The position numbers and the translations under genes are program-made. Below, one piece after another: positions 23,701-36,345 of a stretch of DNA of 42,454 bases; the stretch's first letter is position 1, and each line of letters opens with the position of its first letter. The notes below the pieces were generated by a model that saw only the letters and a list, made by a program, of their open reading frames with translations, was not told the DNA's origin and made no database searches. Source of the DNA: Raillietiella orientalis (taxonomy: Eukaryota); the NCBI GenBank assembly GCA_036172245.1, contig JAYWIR010000121.1:62001-104454 (forward strand), read 5' to 3'.

Positions 23701-26700
23701 TGTCCATGAAGGTAATTTGCAGCTCACTGCAAATAGATGCTTGGTGAAGAGGCGCAAATGTGCAATGGTGAAATCTGCTGACTTCGAAGTGTTTACAAAA
23801 CCCAAAAAGTTGCATATTTCGAACACATAATGAATCGGAGCAAAGGGAAACATTCTCTTTCTACCTCCCACACTGGTTACCATGAAAACCACACAGAGGC
23901 CAAAGTGCCACACCCTAATGAAACCTCGACCTGATCTCAAGGTTCTAATGAACCAAGGAAATTGGAAGGTTGTGCGGGTGTCCATAAAGGGAATTTGCAG
24001 CTCATGCAAATAGATGCTTCGTAAAGAGACGCAAAATTGCAATGGTGAAATCTGCTGACTTCAATGTGATTACAACCCCATAAAAGTTGCAAATTTGGAC
24101 AATATAATGAATCAGAGCGAATGGAAACATTGTCTTTCTAACTCCGACACTGGTTACCGTGAAAACTACACAGAGGCCAAAGTGCCACACCCTAATGAAA
24201 CTTCGAACTCATCTCAATGTTCTTCTGAATCAAGGAAATTGGAAGTTTGTGCGGGTGTCCTTGAAGGGAATTTGCCACTCACTGCAAATGGATGCTTGGT
24301 GAAGAGGCGTCAAAGTGCAATGGTGAAATCTGATGACTTCGATGGTTACACCCAAGAACTTGCAAATTTAGACCATATAATGAATCAGAGCAAAGGGAAA
24401 AATTCTCTTTATAACTTCGACACTGGTTACTATGAAAACCAGACAGAAGCCAAAGTGCCCCACTCTAATGAAACTTCGAAATCCTCTCAATGTTCTTCTG
24501 AATCAAGAAAATTGGAAGGTGGTGCGGGTTTCCATGTCGGCAAATTGCCACTCACTGCAAATAGATGCTTCGTGAAGTGGCGAAAAAGTGCAATGGTGAA
24601 ATCTGCTGACTTCGAAGTGTTTACAAAACCCAAAAAGTTGCATATTTCGAACACATAATGAATCGGAGCAAAGGGAAACATTCTCTTTCTACCTCCGACA
24701 CTGGTTGTCATAAGAACCACACAGAGGCCAAAGTGCTCCACCCTGATGAAACTTCGAACTAATCTCCATGTTCTCCTGAACCAAGGAAATCAGCCTGCGG
24801 GTGTCCATGAATGGAATTTGCCACTCACCTAAATGGATGCTCCCGGATGAGACTCTAAACTGCAATGGTGAAATCTGCTTACTTCGATGTGATTACAACC
24901 CCCTAAAAGTTGCAAATTTGGACCATATAATGAATCAGAGCGTAAGGAAACATTCTCTTTCTAAATCCGACACTGGTTACTATGAAAACCTCACAGAGAC
25001 CAAAGTGGCACACCCTATTGAAACTTCGAAGTCATCTCAATGTTCTTCTGAACCAAGGAAATTGGAAGGTTGTGCGGGTGTCCTTGAAGGTAATTTGCAG
25101 CTCACTGCAAATAGATGCTTCGTGAAGAGGCGCAAAAGTGCAATGGTGAAATCTGCTGACTTCGAAGTGATTACAACCCCATAAAAGTTGCAAATTTGGA
25201 CCATATAATTAATCAGAGCCTAGGGAATCATTCTCTTTCTAACTCCGACACTGGTTACCATGAAAACCACACAGAGACCAAAGTGGCACACCCTAATGAA
25301 ACTTCGAAGTCATCTCAATGTTCTTCTGAACCAAGGAAATTGGAAGGTTGTGCGGGTGTCCATGAACGTAATTTGCAGCTCACTGCAAATAGATACTTCG
25401 TGAAGAGGCGCAAAAGTGCAATGGTGAAATCTGCTGACTTCGAAGTGATTACAACCCCATAAAAGTTGCAAATTTGGACCATATAATGAATCAGAGCCTA
25501 GGGAAACATTGTCTTTCTATCTCCGACACTGGTTACCATGAAAACTACACAGAGACCAAAGTGGCACACCCTAATGAAACTTCGAAGTCATCTCAATGTT
25601 CTTCTGAACCAAGGAAATTGGAAGGTTGTGCGGGTGTCCATGAACGTAATTTGCAGCTCACTGCAAATAGATACTTCGTGAAGAGGCGCAAAAGTGCAAT
25701 GGTGAAATCTGCTGACTTCGAAGTGATTACAACCCCATAAAAGTTGCAAATTTGGACCATATAATGAATCAGAGCCTAGGGAATCATTCTCTTTCTAACT
25801 CCGACACTGGTTACCATGAAAACCACACAGAGACCAAAGTGGCACACCCTAATGAAACTTCGAAGTCATCTCAATGTTCTTCTGAACCAAGGAAATTGGA
25901 AGGTTGTGCGGGTGTCCATAAACGTAATTTGCAGCTCACTGCAAATAGATACTTCGTGAAGAGGCGCAAAAGTGCAATGGTGAAATCTGCTGACTTCGAA
26001 GTGATTACAACCCCATAAAAGTTGCAAATTTGGACCATATAATGAATCAGAGCCTAGGGAAACATTCTCTTTCTAACTCCGACACTGGTTACCATGAAAA
26101 CCACACAGAGACCAAAGTGGCACACCCTAATGAAACTTCGAAGTCATCTCAATGTTCTTCTGAACCAAGGAAATTGGAAGGTTGTGCGGGTGTCCATGAA
26201 CGTAATTTGCAGCTCACTGCAAATAGATACTTCGTGAAGAGGCGCAAAAGTGCAATGGTGAAATCTGCTGACTTCGAAGTGATTACAACCCCATAAAAGT
26301 TGCAAATTTGGACCATATAATGGAACAGAGCCTAGGGAAACATTCTTTTTCTAACTCCGACACTGGTTACCGTGAAAACTACACAGAGACCAAAGTGGCA
26401 CACCCTAATGAAACTTCGACCTGATCTCAATGTTCTTCTGAACCAAGGAAATTGGAAGGTTGTGCGGGTGTCCTTGAAGGTAATTTGCAGCTCACTGCAA
26501 ATAGATGCCTCGTGAAGAGGCGCAAAAGTGCAATGGTGAAATCTGCTGACTTCGAAGTGATTACAACCCCATAAAAGTTGCAAATTTGGACCATATAATT
26601 AATCAGAGCCTAGGGAATCATTCTCTTTCTAACTCCGACACTGGTTACCATGAAAACCACACAGAGACCAAAGTGGCACACCCTAATGAAACTTCGAAGT

Positions 26701-29700
26701 CATCTCAATGTTCTTCTGAACCAAGGAAATTAAAAGGTTGTGCGGGTGTCCATGAAGGTAATTTGCAGCTCACTGCAAATAGATGCTTGGTGAAGAGGCG
26801 CAAATGTGCAATGGTGAAATCTGCTGACTTCGAAGTGTTTACAAAACCCAAAAAGTTGCATATTTCGAACACATAATGAATCGGAGCAAAGGGAAACATT
26901 CTCTTTCTACCTCCCACTGGTTACCATGAAAACCACACAGAGGCCAAAGTGCCACACCCTAATGAAACCTCGACCTGATCTCAAGGTTCTAATGAACCAA
27001 GGAAATTGGAAGGTTGTGCGGGTGTCCATAAAGGGAATTTGCAGCTCATTGCAAATAGATGCTTCGTAAAGAGACGCAAAATTGCAATGGTGAAATCTGC
27101 TGACTTCAATGTGATTACAACCCCATAAAAGTTGCAAATTTGGACAATATAATGAATCAGAGCGAATGGAAACATTGTCTTTCTAACTCCGACACTGGTT
27201 ACCGTGAAAACTACACAGAGGCCTAAGTGCCACACCCTAATGAAACTTCGAACTCATCTCAATGTTCTTCGGAATAAAGGAAATGAGAAGTTTGTGCGGG
27301 TGTCCTTGAAGGGAATTTCCCACTCACTGCAAATGGATGCTTGGTGAAGAGGCGTCAAAGTGCAATGGTGAAATCTGATGAGTTCGATGTGGTTACAACC
27401 CCCAAGAACTTGGAAATTGAGACCATATAATGAATCAGAGCAAAGAGAAAAATTCTCTTTATAACTTCGACACCGGTTACTATGAAAACCAGACAGAAGC
27501 CAAAGTGCCCCACTCTAATGAAACTTCGAAATCCTCTCAATGTTCTTCTGAATCAAAAAAATTGGAAGGTGGTGCGGGTTTCCATGTCGGCAAATTGCCA
27601 CTCACTGCAAATAGATGCTTCGTGAAGTGGCGAAAAAGTGCAATGGTGAAATCTGCTGACTTCGAAGTGTTTACAAAACCCAAAAAGTTGCATATTTCGA
27701 ACACATAATGAATCGGAGCAAAGGGAAACATTCTCTTTCTACCTCCCACACTGGTTACCATGAAAACCACACAGAGGCCAAAGTGCCACACCCTAATGAA
27801 ACTTTGAACTCATTTCAATGTTCTTCTGAATCAAGGAAATTGGAAGTTTGTGCGGGTGTCCTTGAAGGGAATTTGCCACTCACTGCAAATGGATGCTTCG
27901 TGAATAGGCGTCAAATTGCAATGGTGAAATCTGATGACTTCGAAGTGGTTCCAACCCCGAAAAACTTGCAAATTTAGACCATATAATGGATCAGAGCAAA
28001 GAAAAACATTCTCTTTCTACCTCCGACACTGGTTGTCATAAGAACCACACAGAGGCCAAAGTGCTCCACCCTGATGAAACTTCGAACTAATCTCCATGTT
28101 CTCCTGAACCAAGGAAATCGAAAGCTTCTGCGGGTGTCCATGAATGGAATTTGCCACTCACACTAAATGGATGCTCCCGGATGAGACTCTAAACTGCAAT
28201 GGTGAAATCTGCTTACTTCGATGTGATTACAACCCCCTAAAAGTTGCAAATTTGGACCATATAATGAATCAGAGCGTAAGGAAACATTCTCTTTCTAAAT
28301 CCGACACTGGTTACTATGAAAACCTCACAGAGACCAAAGTGGCACACCCTATTGAAACTTCGAAGTCATCTCAATGTTCTTCTGAACCAAGGAAATTGGA
28401 AGGTTGTGCGGGTGTCCTTAAAGGTAATTTGCAGCTCACTGCAAATAGATGCTTCGTGAAGAGGCGCAAAAGTGCAATGGTGAAATCTGCTGACTTCGAA
28501 GTGATTACAACCCCATAAAAGTTGCAAATTTGGACCATATAATTAATCAGAGCCTAGGGAATCATTCTCTTTCTAACTCCGACACTGGTTACCATGAAAA
28601 CCACACAGAGACCAAAGTGGCACACCCTAATGAAACTTCGAAGTCATCTCAATGTTCTTCTGAACCAAGGAAATTGGAAGGTTGTGCGGGTGTCCATGAA
28701 CGTAATTTGCAGCTCACTGCAAATAGATACTTCGTGAAGAGGCGCAAAAGTGCAATGGTGAAATCTGCTGACTTCGAAGTGATTACAACCCCATAAAAGT
28801 TGCAAATTTGGACAATATAATGAATCAAAGCGAATGGAAACATTGTCTTTCTAACTCCGACACTGGTTACCGTGAAAACTACACAGAGACCAAAGTGGCA
28901 CACCCTAATGAAACTTGGACCTGATCTCAATGTTCTTCTGAACCAAGGAAATTGGAAGGTTGTGCGGGTGTCCTTGAAGGTAATTTTCAGCTCACTGCAA
29001 ATAGGTACTTCGTGAAGAGGCGCAAAAGTGCAATGGTGAAATCTGCTGACTTCGAAGTGATTACAACCCCATAAAAGTTGCAAATTTGGACCATATAATG
29101 AATCAGAGCCTAGGGAATCATTCTCTTTCTAACTCCGACACTGGTTACCATGAAAACCACACAGAGACCAAAGTGGCACACCCTAATGAAACTTCGAAGT
29201 CATCTCAATGTTTTTCTGAACCTAGGAAATTGGAAGGTTGTGCGGGTGTCCATAAACGTAATTTGCAGCTCACTGCAAATAGATACTTCGTGAAGAGGCG
29301 CAAAAGTGCAATGGTGAAATCTGCTGACTTCGAAGTGATTACAACCCCATAAAAGTTGAAAATTTGGACCATATAATGAATCAGAGCCTAGGGAAACATT
29401 CTTTTTCTAACTCCGACACTGGTTACCATGAAAACCACACAGAGACCAAAGTGGCACACCCTAATGAAACTTCGAAGTCATCTCAATGTTCATCTGAACC
29501 AAGGAAATTGGAAGGTTGTGCGGGTGTCCATGAAGGTGATTTGCAGCTCACTGCAAATAGATACTTCGTGAAGAGGCGCAAAAGTGCAATGGTGAAATCT
29601 GCTGACTTCGAAGTGATTACAACCCCCTAAAAGTTGCAAATTTGGACCATATAATGGAACAGAGCCTAGGGAAACATTCTTTTTCTAACTCCGACACTGG

Positions 29701-30195
29701 TTACCGTGAAAACTACACAGAGACCAAAGTGGCACACCCTAATGAAACTTCGACCTGATCTCAATGTTCTTCTGAACCAAGGAAATTGGAAGGTTGTGCG
29801 GGTGTCCTTGAAGGTAATTTGCAGCTCACTGCAAATAGATGCTTCGTGAAGAGGCGCAAAAGTGCAATGGTGAAATCTGCTGACTTCGAAGTGATTACAA
29901 CCCCATAAAAGTTGCAAATTTGGACCATATAATTAATCAGAGCCTAGGGAATCATTCTCTTTCTAACTCCGACACTGGTTACCATGAAAACCACACAGAG
30001 ACCAAAGTGGCACACCCTAATGAAACTTCGAAGTCATCTCAATGTTCTTCTGAACCAAGGAAATTGGAAGGTTGTGCGGGTGTCCATGAAGGTAATTTGC
30101 AGCTCACTGCAAATAGATACTTCGTGAAGAGGCGCAAAAGTGCAATGGTGAAATCTGCTGACTTCGAAGTGATTACAACCCACTAAAGTTGCAAA
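20761..30195. repeat. Higher-order repeat: three blocks of 11, 11 and 12 monomers (~3.05, 3.05 and 3.33 kb)
   Basis: The marker monomer (tttcgaacacataatgaatcggagc...gaaacctcgacctgatctcaaggttctaatg) starts at ~20761, ~23817 and ~26863, and the same order of variant monomers follows each time. Identical ORF-track peptides recur at 23286/26332/29666 and 23540/26586. Confidence 0.9.
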
Positions 30196-33100
30196 TTTGG
30201 ACCATATAATTAATCAGAGCCTAGGGAATCATTCTCTTTCTAACTCCGACACTGGTTACCATGAAAACCACACAGAGAACAAAGTGGCACACCCTAATGA
30301 AACTTCGAAGTCATCTCAATGTTCTTCTGAACCAAGGAAATTGGAAGGTTGTGCGGGTGTCCATGAACGTAATTTGCAGCTCACTGCAAATAGATACTTC
30401 GTGAAGAGGCGCAAAAGTGCAATGGTGAAATCTGCTGACTTCGAACTGATTACAACCCCCTAAAATTTGGCAAATTTGGACCATATAATGAATCAGAGCC
30501 TAGGGAAACATTCTCTTTATAACTTCGACAGTGGTTACTATGAAAACCAGACAAAAGCCAAAGTGCCCCACCCTAATGAAATTTCGAACTAATCTCCATG
30601 TTCTCCTGAACCAAGGAAATCGGAAAGTTCTGCGGGTGTCCATGGATGGAATTTGCCACTCACACCAAATGGATGCTCCCGGATGAGACGCTAAAGTGCA
30701 ATGGTGAAATCTGCTGACTTCGATGTGATTACAACCCCCTAAAAGTTGCAAAATGGACCATATAATGAATCAGAGCCTAGGGAAACATTCTCTTTCTAAC
30801 TCCGACACTGGTTACCATGAAAACCACACAGAGACCAAAGTTGCACACCCTAATGAAAGTTCGAAGTCATCTCAATGTTTCTCTGAACCAAGGAAATTCG
30901 AAGGTTGTGCGGGTGTCCATGAAGGTAATTTGCAGCTCACTGCAAATAGATACTTCGTGAAGAGGCGCAAAAGTGCAATGGTGAAATCTGCTGACTTCGA
31001 AGTGATTACAACCCCCTAAAAGTTGCAAATTTGGACCATATAATCAATCAGAGCATAGGGAAACATTGTCTTTCTAACTCCGACACTGGTTACCATGAAA
31101 ACCACACAGAGACCAAAGTGGCACACCCTAATGAAACTTCGAAGTCATCTCAATGTTCCTCTGAACCAAGGAAATTCGAAGGTTGTGCGGGTGTCCATGA
31201 ACGTAATTTGCAGCTCACTGCAAATAGATACTTCGTGAAAAGGCGCAAAAGTGCAATGGTGAAATCTGCTGACTTCGAAGTGATTACAACCCCTTAAAGT
31301 TGCAAATTTGGACAATATAATGAATCAAAGCGAATGGAAACATTGTCTTTCTAACTCCGACACTGGTTACCGTGAAAACTACACAGAGACCAAAGAGGCA
31401 CACCCTAATGAAACTTCGACCTGATCTCAATGTTCTTCTGAACCAAGGAAATTGGAAGGTTGCGCGGGTGTCCTTGAAGGTAATTTGCAGCTCACTGCAA
31501 ATAGATGCTTCGTGAAGAGGCGCAAAAGTGCAATGGTGAAATCTGCTGACTTCGAAGTGATTACAACCCCATAAAAGTTGCAAATTTGGACCATATAATG
31601 AATCAGTGCTCATGGAAACATTCTCTTTCTAACTCCGACACTGGTTACCATGAAAACCACACAGAGACCAAAGTGGCACACCCTAATGAAACTTCGAAGT
31701 CATCTCAATGTTCTTCTGAACCAAGGAAATTGGAAGGTTGTGCGGGTGTCCATGAAGGTAATTTGCAGCTCACTGCAAATAGATACTTCGTGAAGAGGCG
31801 CAAAAGTGCAATGGTGAAATCTGCTGACTTCGAAGTGATTACAACCCCATAAAAGTTGCAAATTTGGACCATATAATGGAACAGAGCCTAGGGAAACATT
31901 CTTTTTCTAACTCCGACACTGGTTACCGTGAAAACTACAGAGAGACCAAAGTGGCACACCCTAATGAAACTTCGACCTGATCTAAATGTTCTTCTGAACC
32001 AAGGAAATTGGAAGGTTGTGCGGATGTCCATGAAGGTAATTTGCAGCTCACTGCAAATAGATACTTCGTGAAGAGGCGCAAAAGTGCAATGGTGAAATCT
32101 GCTGACTTCGAAGTGATTACAACCCCCTAAAAGTTGCAAATTTGGACCATATAATTAATCAGCGCCTAGGGAATCATTCTCTTTCTAACTCCGACACTGG
32201 TTACCATGAAAACCACACAGAGACCAAAGTGGCACACCCTAATGAAACTTCGAAGTCATCTCAATGTTCTTCTGAACCAAGGAAATTGGAAGGTTGTGCG
32301 GGTGTCCATGAACGTAATTTGCAGCTCACTGCAAATAGATACTTCGTGAAGAGGCGCAAAAGTGCAATGGTGAAATCTGCTGACTTCGAAGTGATTACAA
32401 CCCCATAAAAGTTGCAAATTTGGACCATATAATGAATCAGAGCCTAGGGAATCAAATTCTTTCTAACTCCGACACTGGTTACCATGAAAACCACACAGAG
32501 ACCAAAGTGGCACACCCTAATGAAACTTCGAAGTCATCTCAATGTTCCTCTGAACCAAGGAAATTGGAAGGTTGTGCGGGTGTCCATGAACGTAATTTGC
32601 AGCTCACTGCAAATAGATACTTCGTGAAAAGGCGCAAAAGTGCAATGGTGAAATCTGCTGACTTCGAAGTGATTACAACCCCCTAAAAGTTGCAAATTTG
32701 GACAATATAATGAATCAAAGCGAATGGAAACATTGTCTTTCTAACTCCGACACTGGTTACCGTGAAAACTACACAGAGACCAAAGTGGCACACCCTAATG
32801 AAACTTCGAAGTCATCTCAATATTCTTCTGAACCAAGGAAATTGGAAGGTTGTGCGGGTGTCCATGAAGGTAATTTGCAGCTCACTGCAAATAGATACTT
32901 CGTGAAGAGGCGCAAAAGTGCAATCGTGAAATCTGCTGACTTCGAAGTGATTACAACCACCTAAAAGTTGCAAATTTGGACCATATAATTAATCAGCGCC
33001 TAGGGAATCATTCTCTTTCTAACTCCGACACTGGTTACCATGAAAACCACACAGAGACCAAAGTGGCACACCCTAATGAAACTTCGAAGTCATCTCAATG

Positions 33101-33530
33101 TTCTTCTGAACCAAGGAAATTGGAAGGTTGTGCGGGTGTCCATGAAGGTAATTTGCAGCTCACTGCAAATAGATACTTCGTGAAGAGGCGCAAAAGTGCA
33201 ATGGTGAAATCTGCTGACTTCGAAGTGATTACAACCCCCTAAAAGTTGCAAATTTGGACCATATAATGAATCAGAGCTTAGGGAAACATTTTCTTTCTAA
33301 CTCCGACACTGGTTACCATGAAAACCACACAGAGACCAAAGTGGCACACCCTAATGAAACTTCGAAGTCATCTCAATGTTCTTCTGAACCAAGGAAATTG
33401 GAAGGTTGTGCGGGTGTCCATGAACGTAATTTGCAGCTCACTGCAAATAGATACTTCGTGAAGAGGCGCAAAAGTGCAATGGTGAAATCTGCTGACTTCG
33501 AAGTGATTACAACCCCATAAAAGTTGCAAA

Positions 33531-34363
33531 TTTGGACAATATAATGAATCAGAGCGAATGGAAACATTGTCTTTCTAACTCCGACACTGGTTACCGTGAA
33601 AACTACACAGAGACCAAAGTGGCACACCCTAATGAAACTTCGACCTGATCTCAATGTTCTTCTGAACCAAGGAAATCGGAAGGTTCTGCGGGTGTCCATG
33701 AATGGAATTCGCCACTCACACCAAATGGATGCTTCCGGATGAGACGCTAAACTGCAATGGTGAGATGTGCTGACTTCGATGTGATTACAACCCCCTAAAG
33801 GTTGCAAATTTGACCATATAATGGAACAGAGCCTAGGGAAACATTGTCTTTCTAACTCCGACACTGGTTACCGTGAAAACTACACAGACACCAAAGTGGC
33901 ACACCCTAATGAAACTTCGACCTGATCTCAATGTTCTTCTGAACCAAGGAAATCGGAAGGTTCTGCGGGTGTCCATGAATGGAATTCGCCACTCACACCA
34001 AATGGATGCTTCCGGATGAGACGCTAAACTGCAATGGTGAGATGTGCTGACTTCGATGTGATTACAACCCCCTAAAGGTTGCAAATTTGACCATATAATG
34101 GAACAGAGCCTAGGGAAACATTGTCTTTCTAACTCCGACACTGGTTACCGTGAAAACTACACAGACACCAAAGTGGCACACCCTAATGAAACTTCGACCT
34201 GATCTCAATGTTCTTCTGAACCAAGGAAATCGGAAGGTTCTGCGGGTGTCCATGAATGGAATTCGCCACTCACACCAAATGGATGCTTCCGGATGAGACG
34301 CTAAACTGCAATGGTGAGATGTGCTGACTTCGATGTGATTACAACCCCCTAAAAGTTGCAAAT
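33531..34363. repeat. Local triplication of a variant 277-bp monomer
   Basis: The variant ...aatcggaaggttctgcgggtgtccatgaatggaattcgccactcacaccaaatggatgcttccggatgagacgctaaactgcaatggtgagatgtgc... occurs three times in a row with a 277-bp period (ORF ends 33833 and 34110). Confidence 0.9.
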
Positions 34364-36345
34364 TTGGACCATATAATCAATCAGAGCATAGGGAAACATT
34401 GTCTTTCTATCTCCGACACTGGTTACCATGAAAACCACACAGAGACCAAAGTGGCACACCCTAATGAAACTTCGAAGTCATCTCAATGTTCTTCTGAACC
34501 AAGGAAATTGGAAGGTTGTGCGGGTGTCCATGAACGTAATTTGCAGCTCACTGCAAATAGATACTTCGTGAAGAGGCGCAAAAGTGCAATGGTGAAATCT
34601 GCTGACTTCGAAGTGATTACAACCCCCTAAAATTTGCAAATTTGGACCATATAATGAATCAGAGCCTAGGGAAACATTCTCTTTATAACTTCGACAGTGG
34701 TTACTATGAAAACCAGACAGAAGCCAAAGTGCCCCACCCTAATGAAATTTCGAACTAATCTCCATGTTCTCCTGAACCAAGGAAATCGGAAAGTTCTGCG
34801 GGTGTCCATGGATGGAATTTGCCACTCACACCAAATGGATGCTCCCGGATGAGACGCTAAAGTGCAATGGTGAAATCTGCTGACTTCGATGTGATTACAA
34901 CCCCCTAAAAGTTGCAAAATGGACCTTATAATGAATCAGAGCCTAGGGAAACATTCTCTTTCTAACTCCGACTCTCTAGCTAAGGGAAACAATCTCTTAC
35001 TAACTCGGACACTCGTTACCATGAAAACCACACAGAGGACAAAGTGCCCCACCCTAATGAAACTTCGAACTCATCTCAATGTTCTTCTGAATCAAGGAAA
35101 TTGGAAGTTTGTGCGGGTTTCCTTGAAGGGAATTTCCCACTCACTGCAAATGGATGCTTCGTGAAGAGGCGTCAAAGTGCAATGGTGAAATCTGATGACT
35201 TCGAAGTGGTTACAACTCCCAAAAACTTTCAAATTTAGACCATATAATGAATCAGAGCAAAGAGAAAAATTCTCTTTATAACTTCGACACTGGTTACTAT
35301 GAAAACCAGACAGAAGCCAAAGTGCCCCACTCTAATGAAACTTCGAAATCCTCTCAATGTTCTTCTGAATCAAAAAAATTGGAAGGTGGTGCGGGTTTCC
35401 ATGTCGGCAAATTACCACTCACTGCAAATAGATGCTTCGTGAAGTGGCGAAAAAGTGCAATGGTGAAATCTGCTGACTTCGAAGTGTTTACAAAACCCAA
35501 AAAGTTGCATATTTCGAACACATAATGAATCGGAGCAAAGGAAAACATTCTCTTTCTACCTCCCACACTGGTTACCATGAAAACCACACAGAGGCCAAAG
35601 TGCCACACCCTAATGAAACTTTGAACTCATTTCAATGTTCTTCTGAATCAAGGAAATTGGAAGTTTGTGCGGGTGTCCTTGAACGGAATTTGCCACTCAC
35701 TGCAAATGGATGCTTCGTGAATAGGCGTCAAATTGCAATGGTGAAATCTGATGACTTCGAAGTGATTACAACCCCATAAAAGTTGCAAATTTGGACAATA
35801 TAATGAATCAAAGCGAATGGAAACATTGTCTTTCTAACTCCGACACTGGTTACCGTGAAAACTACACAGAGACCAAAGTGGCACACCCTAATGAAACTTC
35901 GACCTGATCTCAATGTTCTTCTGAACCAAGGAAATTGGAAGGTTGTGCGGGTGTCCTTGAAGGTAATTTTCAGCTCACTGCAAATAGGTACTTCGTGAAG
36001 AGGCGCAAAAGTGCAATGGTGAAATCTGCTGACTTCGAAGTGATTACAACCCCATAAAAGTTGCAAATTTGGACCATATCATGAATCAGAGCCTAGGGAA
36101 TCATTCTCTTTCTAACTCCGACACTGGTTACCATGAAAACCACACAGAGACCAAAGTGGCACACCCTAATGAAACTTCGAAGTCATCTCAATGTTCTTCT
36201 GAACCAAGGAAATTGGAAGGTTGTGCGGGTGTCCATGAAGGTAATTTGCAGCTCACTGCAAATAGATACTTCGTGAAGAGGCGCAAAAGTGCAATGGTGA
36301 AATCTGCTGACTTCGAAGTGATTACAACCCACTAAAGTTGCAAAT

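Noticed and set aside
30895..30915. CENP-B box-like TTCG...CGGG
   Set aside because: The spacing is 9 nt instead of the 7 required by TTCGNNNNANNCGGG, and it occurs only in rare variant monomers.
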